From NCBI RefSeq assembly GCF_009914755.1, contig NC_060929.1: a stretch of DNA of 64,000 nucleotides; one strand, given 5' to 3'. The translations under genes and the position numbers were made by a program. The stretch is from the human T2T-CHM13v2.0 reference genome, Homo sapiens. The first letter of the stretch is position 1; each line of letters starts with the position of its first letter. Of the stretch, positions 50,386 through 64,000 are shown piece by piece. The notes below the pieces were generated by a model. It did not search any database and was not told the DNA's origin. It worked only from the letters and a program-made list of their open reading frames with translations.

Positions 50386-53300
50386 GAGTGCTATATTTCC
50401 AGAAATGCCAGGAAACTTTGCATTGTGAGCCGATGAACTCTGAGAACATGCTTCCCAGCAATCCAGTACTCCATGGATCCAACCACATGAGAGAACTCAT
50501 GAAAATTTGTACAGATAGAGATGCCATAATTTCATTGCTATTATTACCTTAAAAAGAATTCATTTGAGAGGCTAATTAGCCACACATACAAGCCTTTAGA
50601 AAATACACAGAAACCTTGAACAAAGCTATGGTCAACTAAATGAATGTGAAATCTGTATCAGCTCTAACAGCTAATTTCACAATTTGACTGCCTTGCAATA
50701 CCTCTAGAGATAGAGCTCTTAGAAATAAATGTTTCTATTAACTTTTATTTGGATGTTACTTCATTATGCTAATAGTCTCCCTATTGATCAACTCTATTCT
50801 TCATTTTTGTCAAGACTCAAAGAGAACTGGTAAAACATTCAAGGACTAAAAATTAAATGAATACGAGCACCAGCATAAGTACTACTTCTACCTCACCATT
50901 TTCACCTTTCAACATCAAGTTCTCAGTGTTTTACAGAATAATTAAGAGTTCGCCAGACAGAGTCACTAGGAGAAGACTTCCTAACCATTATTAGCCTAAT
51001 AACCTCTCATCCTGATCCTTCCTCTCCCTGCAGTTAGTTACACGCTACTCCATACCATATCGACACCCACCTCTATACTTGTCTGACTGTATTTTAACTC
51101 TTGACCACACGTATCTGTTTACCCTATTAGACTGTGAATTCCTAGAGGCCAGGGCCATGACAGACTCATCTTTGCTGATACCCTGATGAGGCTCTATCAA
51201 ATTGATTTGAAGTTCATGAAAGACTACGTTCATGTTAAATATTTGGCATCTAATGTAGTATTTCAAACAGCATTCCTATTGGAAGGTAAGCTCTTTGAAA
51301 GCAATGATTTTTAACTGTTTGGTTCACTCCTCCATGGATCTAGAACAATGTCTGACATGGTGAGCACTCTACAAATATTGAGTGAATAGAGGATATCTTA
51401 TAACCTAAAGTGCTATTTACAGTTCTTGTATCATAACAGGCCTGAGGATGAATCAGAGGTTGCAACAAGCACATGAAAGTAGATGATGTCCTTGAAGACC
51501 GTTTGCTTTCCCATGTACTCTAGTCTCTACTTTGTCTACTTTGTCTACATAGAGCCTCTACCACTATGGCCTTAGTGACATCTGTTCATCCTAGTGTCTT
51601 ACGTCATCCTGGTTAAGTGGACCACGGAGCACTGAGCAGGCACCATGGCACAGACTCATGCTGCTCCCTGGCTGAATGTTTCTCATGGCCAATTTATTCT
51701 TTGAAAGTCAAGTCCTGGGAAGAGATTTTTGCTCCCTAAGCCCTTAATTGGTAATACATGGTGTGTCATGACTGCCTGACCACTACTGAATTATGTCAGT
51801 GCACTAATAAAAATAATGAACTTTAGTAATATTGTTCTTTTAATAAAAACTAGTGGGTCTGTTTGACTCAATAATTTAAAACTAGTTTTAAATAATAAAG
51901 AAGATGAAAGGCCATTATTATCATGTCCTCCTAGCATATGAACATTCACAGGTAAATCCTATGAAGTTAAAAAATGGTGGCATTTTAGTAGTCTAATGCC
52001 TAGCTAAGGTATTTATTTCATTATTTCTAAGGAAAATGAATTCTGAGTACCAAACAGCCCACCTATTCATCTCTTCTTCCCCTTTCTCCCACCCTCTACC
52101 TCTATTTTCCATCCATCTACACACGCACCCACTCACCATTAGAGTTTCTATAGCGATCCTTATACTGGGCTAGGGAATAGATATTCAAACATGGATTAAG
52201 AGGTGGCTCCTACCCACTAGCTAACTCATAAATTTGGTACATACATTGTTTCATGGAATGTAATAAGGTGTTAAGTAGAAAAGTTATTAAATCAGATAAT
52301 ACATCCAAAGGAATCATTTGATGATTATTGCATTTAAGATATGTTAAGTACAAGGAGCTAGATATACTTGTGTTTGAATAACACAAACTGACTAACATAA
52401 CTGCTGCATAATTGCTTTTACTCTCTAACATGTTAGGCAAAGGAATATAATTTGTTGCTTTTTAAAAATTAGATTATTTAGGAGTCAGAATGTAATTTAC
52501 TGATGTCTTTTTAATCTTTTTTAGCCATTAGTTGAAACTGCTACCATAAAATAAAAATGGCAAGGAAAATGCATAACATATGGCTTATATAAAATTGTTA
52601 CAAGAGAAGTGTATTTTTGACTGACTTAATATTTTACCAGAACTTGCACCCCATGGAAGGAGAGAAACAGAGGATTATAATGTCAATTTGTCACTGGGAT
52701 TAATTTCATAAAGAATTTATGCCCACTGTTGTCCTGCTGAGAATACAAAATAATCATGAAATGTTGTTACAGAACCTAGTTAAAATGTTACTTATCTCCC
52801 CTGAGGAAAGATGAGAAGCTACTAAAATGGATAAATCTTGTCAGAAGGTAACAGTTCACCCTTGTCCAAAACACATACTAATTTCCCACTTATTAAGCAA
52901 CTAAAGGACACCAAAGAAATACTCAGGAATAAGAAGCCCAAGTACCAAACTTGCTGGTCTGTAGACTTGAAGCACATGGGTGTTCCATGGCTGTTTGCTC
53001 AATGCCTGGAAGACTCGATTCTGAGTTTCCTTGGCTGAGAAGAATATTTATTAAAACAAGTTAGAATAACTAATAGAGTTCTAGAATTTGATTCATCATC
53101 AGTCAGGGGCAGGGGATTTGGAGAGAGGAAGGAAGTGACAAAAGATCAATGCCACCATCTTCCTCCTTGTAGAAAAGAAAGGGGAAGTCAAATTTTATAG
53201 CAAAGAGCTCTTGATGCTTCAGTGCTTCAATTTACTTCCAAAGAACTCCATTCTAGCCATTGGAAAAGAGTCAAAAAGTTGTACTAATGGAAAGCTTTTG

Positions 53301-54489
53301 TGTATATTGAGAGATATTGGATACTAAAAGGCACTGGCAGTAAAGCTTCCCACTTTCTGGCATTATTTTGATCTCATGCTTCTACTTTATTTAATGGCGT
53401 CATCTTTAATTAAAGAAGAATTATGCTTCTGAATTCCCCAGAGTCTTACTTTCCTCACCAAACTGAAGTGTGAGGAGCCCACAGTGCTGACTCTAAACAT
53501 CATCTTCTTTGTCTGCAAAACAAAAAATGCCAGCAAGGCACTTCTGGGTTTCGCACTTCCCATTAAATTTTATAACATTTGCCTCCCAAGGAACAACACT
53601 CTCATTCAAGGAAAACAACCTCCTAGTCTGGTGCCAAAAGTCTTTGGAGAAGGCCTGAATTACCGCCCACCGTTAAGAGCAAAGTTTGTTCAAGCAGATG
53701 CCTCACATGAACAAATCAAAATTCAGAATATCATAAAGACTAAAACATTATGCTAAAATAGTTCAAATAAGTGAAGTACCACCACATGGGAAAATGAAAG
53801 AACAAAATCGCATCCTGAGGCACTGAAACTAAAACGTCTATAAACTAAAAAAGTCTAAAATGCAAAATAATCATAATGAAAGGACCTGACACCCAGGAAA
53901 GTGATCATCTGTTGCATACTTAAATAGTTTACCCTGGTAAAAAGAAATTATTCTCTCACTTAGCCCTCTATATAGTTTGACAATTTGTTAATAATTATCT
54001 AATGATCACATCCTTTACCATGATGCGCAGACATAGTATTTTCAAATTCATCAAACCAGCACTGTAGTGCTAGGACCAGGTAGAACAAAAGAACTGGAAA
54101 GAATCTACTTCCCTTATCTCACCTGAAAATGGGCAAGTTAGCTTAGCCATGGCTGCCAGTCTAAAATAGCTCCGTATCACCTGTCTTCTCTCTTAAGTCA
54201 CATAGATCAAAACCCAATTAAATATGTTCTAAAAATACTCAAGATCAAAATTAACATTTGACTAACACCTTCACTGTTATCTCTTTAGGCCCTCAGGGAG
54301 ATTGGTGGGCAGGTAGGACCCCAGCTGATGTGTTAGGTGACCTCTACCCCCGTTAGGCAACCACCTAGATAATGTGGCAGTCCTCACACCACCAAAGAAA
54401 CATCTGGGAAACATGTCCCATAGCTTAGGGTTAACTAGGGTTAAATTCTTCTTTTACAGCTGAAGACATAAGTGACATGATATCAAGGT

Positions 54490-54715
54490 AGGTGCTACAG
54501 ATTCAGAAAATTAAAAAAAAAAATTAAACCACAGAATATCCAGTGAAATTTGGATTTTTGAATTTCAGATAAATAAAATACAATTCCATAAATAAAACGT
54601 TTTTGTGTAAGCATTTCCTGATAATACTTGGAAAATATCTTTACTAAAAAGAATATTTGTTGTTTATTTGAAATTATAACTTAGCTGGGATTCCTGTATT
54701 TTTATCTGACAATCT
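54490..54715. mobile_element. MER53
   Basis: gaatttcagataaat ... tgtttatttgaaatt...cctgtatttttatctgacaatct. Confidence 0.7.
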
Positions 54716-55031
54716 GAAAAAAATCTTCCTTTCATCTTTATCTGCCTGGATGGGGCTGTGGGGATGAGAGTAGAAATGAAGCCATCGGACATCACCAGTC
54801 ACATTCAGATGTTTCACACTTGCTTGTTGGGGGCACTGCTAAATTCACTTCTGGTAGCAGCAGCCTGGGTGTATAATGCAATTTTAACCCAGGTATCATA
54901 GCTTCTCATTACTCTGGCCCAAGCCATGCTTCCTTTTGACAGCACAAAGAACCAGGATCTTCCCATAAAGTTGCCAAATTCATGCCTGCTAATATTTGAC
55001 CTTCTGGCCTAAGACCTTGGCAGAGATGCTT

Positions 55032-55470
55032 TGCTATGAGTTAAATTATATCTCACAAAAAACCAGTGTGGAAGTTCTAATTCCTAGTACTGTAGCATGT
55101 GATGTTTTTGGAAACAGTGTTGTTGTATATGTAATTAGTTAAGATGAGGTCATCCTAGGGTAGGATGGGCCCCTAATTCAACATGACTAGTATCCTAATA
55201 AGAAGGGAAAACTTGGACATGAGGACAAACATACACACAGGGAGAGTACCACGTGTAGGTTGGAGTTACACTGCCACAAGCCAAGGGACTACCAGAAGCT
55301 AGGACAGAAGCCTGGGACAGATCCTTCCTTGGTGCCTTCAGAAGGAGCATAGCCCTGCAGACACTTTGAGCTGAGACTTCCAGCTTCCAAACTGTGAGCC
55401 AATAAATTTCTGCTGTTTAAACCACTCAGTTCATGGTATGCTGTTAGGGCAGCCCTAGAAAACTGATATA
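55032..55470 (+). mobile_element. MLT1C-like LTR
   Basis: gtaattagttaagatgaggtcat...ccacaagccaaggga...aataaatttctgctgtttaa...gcagccctagaaaactgatata. Confidence 0.88.
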
Positions 55471-56013
55471 TACAACAAGTCAGCATTGTCTTTATTCTTA
55501 AAAGTTATTTATTTTAACTTTTATTCTTGTTATAAGAACTGGGCTCTAGGCTAATTATTTTGGCCAAAGCCTGCCTTGTACCCCAGTCTTAGCCAATTCC
55601 ATCCCAGGCCCGAAGCTCTGCACCTACTCAGTATTCCATATGCCCAAAGAATGAAGTCCCATAGAACCCCCAATCATTAAGACACTACAGACTAACTCAT
55701 AAATCCAGATACCCAGAGTGGGTCCCTAGTGGTCACCCAGATCTGTGACAGTGATTCTGTCTACCTGCTGAGATGATCACCTACCAGGGGAACACTCTGC
55801 TGGCATTCCTTCAATTACCAAGACTTCCTCCTTAGGTTATAGGAAGTTTGACCTCTCCAAATTTCTGTTCTTTCCGTGAAGGGTCTCTGAGCTCTTGTTC
55901 TCTGCCATCTCTTATACTTGACCAAGTGTTTTGTACTTTTAAGTAGAAATATAATAAAATATATATTTGAGATATACTATGCCACTGCACATTATTTTAA
56001 AAGTACAAATTGA

Positions 56014-56365
56014 AAGAATGAGAAATGATGAGATCATGTCCTTTGCAGCAACATAGATGGAGCTGGAGGCCATTATTCTAAGCAAACTAATACAGGAACA
56101 AAAAAACAAACACAACATGTTCTCACTTATAAGTGGGAGCTAAACATTGAGTACACAGGACACAAAGAAGGCAACAACAGACACCAGGACCTACTTAAGG
56201 TGGAGGGTGGAGGAAGGAAAGGATGGAAAAACTACCCATCCAGTACTATGCTTATTACTGGGGTCACAAAATAATCTGTACACCAAACCCCCGTGACACA
56301 CAATTCATCTATATGATAAACCTGCCCATGTACACCTGTACCTAAAAGTTAAAAAACAAAAAAAG
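56014..56365 (+). mobile_element. L1PA15/16 3' end
   Basis: gagatcatgtcctttgcagcaacatagatggagctggaggcc...ctgtacaccaaacccccgtgacac; degenerate TSD tacaaa(t/a)tga. Confidence 0.88.
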
Positions 56366-56558
56366 AATACAAAATGAGCTGCAAGAGGGTATCCTAAAAG
56401 CAAAGCAATTGCTTGTAATATTAAGATAAGTTTTATCTGAAATTTTGGGCAAGTAGGTAGTTTATTTTCTAAGTCAGTCTCAGGAAGTTTTGAAATAGGA
56501 TTCACCGCTTTCTGGGTAAGTCTTAATATAGAGTTAGATTAATTCTAAACAATTTAAA

Positions 56559-56720
56559 CAGGTATTTCTCAAAATGTGGTCCACTAAACCGTCTTCATCA
56601 GCCTGTTACCATGGCAATGTCCTGGGATCCACTTTAGAGCTAGTGAATCATTCAGACTCTTGGGGGATAAGACCCAGGAATTTGCTCAAAAAGACTTTTA
56701 TGCTTATTATACTGAGAGTT
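56559..56720. mobile_element. MER5A-like (hAT-Charlie)
   Basis: tttctcaaaatgtggtcc...tgaatcattcagactcttggggg...cccaggaattt. Confidence 0.6.
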
Positions 56721-59088
56721 GATATAATTTAAAGTGTTTTGGTGGCAATTTAACTGGAATTCCTGTATTTTATCTGGCAATCTTTATTTCCTAGGGATGT
56801 AAGGCTAAAACTCCAAGTACTCTCCTGCCACTCCCTTTCTACATTTTTACAAGTTTGATTTGTGTTTTCCAGTTTCCCAATAGCTCCTATGTTAAAATTT
56901 ACAGTTGCCATCCTATAGCCTTTCAAAGAGCCCCATGCCTCTGATTGCAGCAGGGGAGTGAGGGAGCCACAGACTGAAGGACTGTGGCCCTGGTTGGTAG
57001 GAGGTGGTATCCAGGGATAAAATTAGTAATAAACAAAGGAAGCTTTCAACTTGTTTGCTTAAGGGCTCCAGGTTAAACGTATGATCCTGGGCTATAATTT
57101 TAATGTGTGTTTTCTAAACATTTAAATTTCATTAAGCTTGTTTTAAAAAATAAGACTGGGGTAGCCGTCCAGTTAAACCTGAATTTTAGTACTAGAAGAA
57201 AATCCTGGAGCTTTTCCTCAATTCTGGCCGTTCAACATTTAAATGAAAAGAAATTAATATCTCAACAGGGAAAAGCACTTTATACCCCTTTACCTTGGAA
57301 AGTTACTACAGCAAAGTAAAATGTGGCAAAGAAATACTCTCAATACTAAAATAAGTCTGTTTGTTATTCAAAAAGCAATTAATCTATTTTTGGCACAAAA
57401 TGATACACTGGTAAATGTTCCATATTTTTACATGAAAATCAAGGAAATAAAACATACTTTGGAGAAGTACAGACGGAAGCTTGAAGTGACAATTATTTCC
57501 AGATATTACCAAAAGCATATGAAGCATGAGCTCTTTTCATGGGTTTTAAATAAGCATATCTCCACCCCCACTTAAATCAGAATGACAAGCTGCTCAGTCC
57601 TATAAAATCATGCACTCCAAAGTAGACATAACTCAAGGTATCATGGGGTTTATGAATGTGCTGTTCATATGTGAATATAAAACTATGGCTAAACACAGGC
57701 CATGAGCTTCGGGATTCTTTTTTGGATAGCGGGGAGGAGTGTGAGCACTGCCACCTATAGCCTCTAATTGCTGCTACTTCAAGCTTAATACGCACAGGAA
57801 TCACCTGGAGATCCAGTTAAACTACAGATTGAGATTCCACGACTATTGAGAGACCACGATTGCAGGCTATTGACAGACCGCAATTTGAGAAGCAAAGCTC
57901 CAATCTATATTATTTGTGTTAGAAAGAAAATGAGGAAAGGAGAAACCGAAGGAAACTCAAAAAGAAGGAAAGCAATGTTTTCTTTTGTTTCCTTTCCTGA
58001 CCTACCAGGTACCAAGCAGTAGGTGAGGGGCTCTGACTCAAAAATTACAACACAATCCTTTAAAAGTGACGTTGTGGCCAAATGCGACCTCCACAACTCA
58101 GAAGACAGTCAAGAATTCACAAAATGTTGGAAGCTGAAAAGCAGAACCTTGAAGGGAAGATAGAAGGAATGTATTATGTAATAAGATTGAATTTAAGGCT
58201 TAAAAGGCTATTAGGCAGTGGATACAAATCATGTGTCTTCTACATCCACGATTAAATGTCCCAAACTTGCCGTATCATAAGATTAACCTTGGGCTTTTGG
58301 TAAAAAAGTATCCAGGTTCCACACTGAGCTGCTCAGTGAACCCAGGTTATTCACACAATTCTTCTTATCTATGACTTCGGAAAATACTGGGTTTTTATTC
58401 TGTTTTGCTTTTAGGGATTTCAAATGTTTAAAGCTTGAAGTGATCTTATTCTGCTCCAATATGCCCAAGGAATACAACACAATAGAATAGAAGAGAACCG
58501 TGAGGGCCCACAGCCCGAGACCTGTCCAAGATTACCTGGTTACTGTAGTAGTGGAGCCAAGACTAGCTTCATTTCTCTAGAGGTCAAATGCAATACATCG
58601 TATCTATAAAACTAAATAGAATCATTTTGAAGCAGAGAACAGGAATCAGGAAGATTACCTTCTTCAAAAATTTTAAAGAGATAAACTATGATTCAATTTA
58701 GCAATCATTAGCTATTCTGTGCAAGGCATTGTATTAGGACCTGCAGAAGACATAAAAATGGACGAATTAAAAATCTCTCCAGTTCTGAGATGTCTGAGGA
58801 CTGAGTATCACCCACTTGACAAATACAATCAAGATGCTAGAACCCACAGTGGTTCCCCTTCCACCCCTTACAGAATGATTCCTGGATCAGACTCATTTTT
58901 GATGTTCCATGCTTTACAGGAGCAGAGGTCCCCCCTACAACACACACCAGTCAGTAACTATAAACTGAATCCCCACCATGTGAAAAAGACCATAATGGGT
59001 ATTAATGTGAAAAAATAAAGAGAAGTTATAGACCATCAGAAAGCTGGCCATCTACTTGGGCTTAACAGACAAAAAGGGAAAAATATGA

Positions 59089-59378
<290 letters not shown>

Positions 59379-59724
59379 GGCTATAATACACAAGCTGGAG
59401 CTATAATATTTCTTTCTTTTGGTGTATCTTAATGGGTAGTTCACTACCAATAAAGTAATCATGGTTGCTCAGATGGGTTCTTTGCTATTGGTTTGGAAAA
59501 TTAAGTTTTCCAATGGAGTGTTTCCTATTTTGTGGATCTTTTTAACTGTATTTACTGGATCCTCCCTTTTTGTAGTTCCTCTTCCGAGCTAATCAAGATT
59601 ATTACCAATCCTTATTTTCTATAGAATATATACAGGCATTTATTTATTCTTTACACATTCAGCTACCTAAAACATTCTTGATGACTCCAAGAATATTGAA
59701 GATTGGGAAAAATATTTAATAGTA

Positions 59725-60215
59725 TTACTAATAATTGACATCTGTTGAATACTTACTATGTGCCAGGCACTTTTCTAAGCATTTAAAAAATATTAACTGA
59801 TTTAATCTTTATAAACAGCTCTAGAAAGAGACTGAGACAAGGAGAGGTTAAGCAACATGTCCAAGCCCACGTAATTAGTAAGTTTGTGCTTCAGCTCAGA
59901 CAATCCAACTAAAAGTGCATTTCACAGCTAGTAGTAGTCTATTAAGCTTTTGCATGCTCCTAAGAAGTAATGTGGTGTGATAGAAAGGGCTGTCTTTGGA
60001 GTCTAATGGATGTAGATTCAGATCTTGCCTGTGTTGCATACTAGCTATATCCCCCTGGGTACAGGCTTAATATCATTAGGCCTCAGTTTCCTCACCTGTA
60101 AAGTAGGATCAATAATATCTACTGGGCAGGGTTTTGGAGATAATTAGAAGCAATGTGTGAAAAAAAATATTAAAACAATACCCGGCTTATAAGCAATGAA
60201 TAAACATTAGTTAGC
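59725..60215. mobile_element. Two MIRs in opposite orientation (59725-59920 minus; 59970-60215 plus)
   Basis: acttactatgtgccaggcact...gagaggttaagcaac; cctcagtttcctcacctgtaaagtagg. Confidence 0.75.
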
Positions 60216-63200
60216 TACCATGATCGTCTATAATAAAAATCAATATTTTGACTTGACTTAAGGCTAGTATGCTATACATGTACTTTTAATGCAATATAAA
60301 TTATGCAAGATAAAAATAAGAAACTTCTATGTATCTGTCCACACATGCACACTATGTAATTCAGAGTACATATTTGACACCAATCAAAATATAAAAGTAT
60401 TATGCAACAAAAGAGTAGAAGCAAATTATACATGACTTGGAATATTTTATAAAATTGTGAATGTAATGAGTTCTTTGTTGGCTTGAATTTCCACACATTT
60501 AATATTCTAACTAGAGGAAATTATTAGCTCTTAATACATCCACTTGAAGAGTGCTTATACTTAAAATATCATTAATACATCTTTCACAATTCTCCCATTG
60601 TAGGCATATCTTGCTAACATGAAACTTTATATAGACAGGGTGGGTAGAAATATGCTTAAGAAACAGGTGCTGGGTAATCAGATCACGGTAGTTAAGCTTT
60701 TAGTGGTTTTGAAATTATATTTCACAGGTTGCTTATCTACCTAAGATTTACAAGTATATAATCTAGGTAAAATGTATGCTATCTGAATGACATTTTAAAA
60801 CATAAAACAATGGATACAATGATATTCTGACTTAAATGAATTATCAAGGATTAATTCATACTATAGATGTAATTTTCACCTTATCTTAGTATTTAGGCTA
60901 TTAACTTCTTAATAGTGAGTGGGATGTGCAGAAACTGATCTTTTGCTCTCTGAGTCTCTACTAAGTGTATTTCTGCATTGTTTGTGGAATAGCGGACTCA
61001 CTGAGTATTCCAGTACCATTATTGTGGTCCATATTTTGTGTCCTGCTTTGACGGTAATAATTCCTATCTTAGTGATGTTACTCTCGTCAGTTCTCTGGGG
61101 GAAGTACCACTTTCTAAATTCCCCCATAGTCTTGCTCCTGGATTTTCCTGAAAAAGAATGAACTCCTTCATCCCAATACACACACACACACAAACACACG
61201 CAAATACATACGTATTTCTAAGAATTGATCTCTCAAATAGTGAGTATGAAAAGAAAGTTAGAGAAATATGTAGTATGATTTCATTTATATAAATAAAAAT
61301 ACACTATGTTTTGCTTATAGATATATACATATTCATATAAGATTAAAAGGGGATTGAAAAATACCAGCTTCACAGCCATAGAGTCTTTAATTTTATCTAT
61401 ATTCTATTTTCAGGGGAAAAATAAGACTAGAAGCAAATATCATAAAATAGTAACATTAATTATAGAGAATGGAAACAGAGGTGTATGTTAAACTTTATGT
61501 TTTCTGTACTTTAAAAAAATCATAAAAATATTAACATAACTACCATCCAAAGTAGCAAAATTATGTCACAGAAATGACTGGATGTAAAAACCTTTAAATG
61601 GGCAGTACAAGCCATTTTGAGAAAAAAAGTTCTTTTTATTTTGAAAATTCTTATTTTTCCTGCAGTGTAATGCAGTGGGAAAATGAATCATTTGGAATCA
61701 TAAAGGCCAGTAAATATAATTTTTTGTTTTTATGAATTAGTATTAGATACACTTTACTTTCCATATTAGATATAATTTACTAAAAAATTTAACATCTGAT
61801 TATAGTACACACAAGCCACTTAGCAAATAAGAAAGGCATTCAGCCGAAATTCGTTCATCTCAAGATTATTTTAAAATACTTAAATAGTGACTAAGATTGC
61901 CTCTTAGAAGACAATAATTCTCTTTTATTCAGCAAATAGCTTCCAAACTTCCTGATAATTTGGGACAGGAATAGTCTCCCTTTATAAGCTCACCCCCAGC
62001 TTTACCTTGGTAAATACCTTTAGATGGCATTTCGTACCCAGATTTTTCCGAGAGCAGTCAATGCAGTGACAAATGCAGCTCTCTGAGCTCTGTTTCATGT
62101 ATTTCCTCTTTTCAACCTCAGTGGATCACCAATGATCCGCAAAATGTCAAACCGGAAGAATGGGGGTTAATGGTGGACATGATGAGACCTAGATAAGCAT
62201 CCTCTGAACAACATTTACTCTCCGTCTCCATTTCATAGAACTTATTCCAACAACTGAAGCCTTATTTATAATAAAAGACTAACTTTATTTCCATTAATTG
62301 GGCCTATTTTAATTAAATTACAACAACAACAACAACAAAAAACCTAACCAGGCTTCTCAAGATAATCAGTGCTCTGACTGAAATCCTTTTCAACTCAGGA
62401 ATTTTTACAGCCTTATTGCTATTCATATTCTAATGGGATAAAATAGCTGATGCTTCGGCTCGTTGCTCTTAGTCTATTAACACCCTTCCCAATAATTCAA
62501 ATACATAAATTATTTATGATTGATTCTTGGAACAAAGCTAGAATTTAATGTGATATTACAATGTTAAAGAAGAAATACTGCAGAAAAATACATTCCTGCT
62601 TTTGTGTAAACTGTTGCATAGATGTTTAAAACATAAAACATTTAAATGGATTCACATTATTGCACTTTTGCTAATCCCATGAGTCAAAACCAGAATTATG
62701 AGGAAGAATTCTAATATGCAGGAAAAAGAGTGAAGAAATAAGTGAATTCCAGTCCTGGGTCTGTACCACACACCTTACGACCTTTGGCAACTCAATCTTT
62801 CTGGACTCTTTCTTCAATGAAACAATGCTTCTAAGCCCTCCATTGCCTACTTTCCAGAACTGTTACGGGGTTCAAATGAAACGCTGTATGGGAAATCATT
62901 TTGGAAATTGTTAAGCCTTCTACAAACTTAAACTATACCACTTCAACATAGAATTAAATGAAAAAATAAATGGAAGAGGTATGGATAAAGGTGTCCATGG
63001 AGGGAAAATTGTGAGAATTTTCTCTTCCCTTCCTGTGCCTTTCATTATTGTAGATCTTCCTGCTACACAGGACAATTTTTTCCTTTTACCTCACTGAAGG
63101 GATAATTGCAAACAGGGTTTTCAGGGGACAAAAAGAGCGATGATATGCTCTAGGGTTTGACATTCTCTTCTTAAAGATCCACAATTCCTTGACTCCAGAG

Positions 63201-63345
63201 CTGGGTCTACTCAACAATGCCTCCAGCTCCCATCTCAGATCCTGTGTCCAGGACCACCCTTTTCACCCAGGCCCAGGGACTTAGAAGCTCTTGCCATTCT
63301 AGTGACAAGCATATACATGCAAGAATTGAGTTAAGACTATCCTCT

Positions 63346-63924
63346 TAACCACCATTCAACCCAGCAATCCCATTCCTGGGTATATTCCCCAAAAGAAAAC
63401 AAATCTTTCTACTATAATGATATATGCACTTGTAGGTCCATCACAGTGCTATTCACAATAGCAAAGACACAGAATCAACCTAGGTGCCTATCAATGGTGG
63501 ATTGGATAAGGAAAATGTGGCATATATATATATATATATACACTATAAAACAGAAAGTAATCATGTCCTTTGCAGCAACATGGATGCAGCTGGTGGCCAT
63601 TATCCTAAGTGAATTAATCCAGGAACAAAAAACCAAGTATTGCATGTTGTCACTTGTAAATTGGAGCTAAACTGTGGGTACTCAGTGACATAAAGATCGT
63701 AGCAGCAATAGAAACGGGACTACTAGAGTGGGGAGAGAGGAAGGAGAGCAAAGGTTGAAAAACTAACTATTGGATATTATGCTCACTACCTAGGTAATGG
63801 GATTATTTGTACTCAAATCTCAGCATTATGCAATATACCCAAGTAATAAACCTGCACATGCACCCCTGAATCTAACATGAAAGTTGAAAAAAAAATGAAG
63901 GAAAAACAGGTCAAATACAAAAAA
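63346..63924 (+). mobile_element. 5'-truncated L1 (L1PA17/L1PB4-like) with perfect 13-bp TSD
   Basis: TSD aagactatcctct at 63333-63345 and 63925-63937; TT|AAGA endonuclease site; ORF MLFTIAKTQNQPRCLSMVDWIRKMWHIY. Confidence 0.92.
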
Positions 63925-64000
63925 AAGACTATCCTCTGAAATGTACGTAGAAATCTCAGTTGAGTCAGTTTCATACCCTTAGTTATATCTTAGAAACCTT

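Noticed and set aside
54425-54443. ttagggttaactagggtta telomere-like bases
   Set aside because: Only one exact TTAGGG unit; expected by chance.
57838-57886. Short duplication ctattgagagaccacgatt / ctattgacagaccgcaatt; similar 9-12 bp doublets at 23901, 48781 and 51526
   Set aside because: Ordinary slippage micro-duplications, common in primate DNA.
62122-62196. Plus-strand acceptor followed by WITNDPQNVKPEEWGLMVDMMRPR-stop
   Set aside because: Antisense to the host gene, no recognisable homology, no partner exons.

Overview
Human/primate autosomal DNA, AT-rich and roughly half interspersed repeats. The window lies inside MCTP1 (multiple C2 and transmembrane domain protein 1), transcribed on the minus strand. 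One coding exon is recognisable at 21782-21665 (118 nt, phase 0 to 1, KIINTAGTSNAEVPLADPGMYQLDITLRRGQSLAARDRG, start of the first C2 domain), and the supplied ORF track misses it. Positions 21783-64000 are the upstream intron and 1-21664 the downstream intron. None of the listed ORFs looks like a real gene: they are repeat-derived (THE1/MST internal, Tigger1, L1, Alu) or chance frames. Repeats include a full-length THE1C nested in Tigger3b, an MSTA/THE1D-type element nested in MER6, a full-length Tigger1, a ~6.3 kb L1PB, a 5'-inverted (twin-primed) L1, an ERVL dUTPase remnant, MADE1 and MER53 hairpin elements, Alus, L2 and MIR. I cannot demonstrate a new biological system. Two sets of signals go beyond routine annotation. 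(i) Three locally templated insertions of different ages lie within 21 kb: a 187-bp direct copy with one mismatch and patchwork junctions, a ~69-bp inverted copy that folds back into a hairpin, and a 117-bp copy inserted into Tigger1. (ii) Several gene-sense candidate exons upstream of the MCTP1 exon have splice phases compatible with new N-termini or poison exons. Repeat subfamily names are from memory of consensus sequences and need RepeatMasker/Dfam confirmation.
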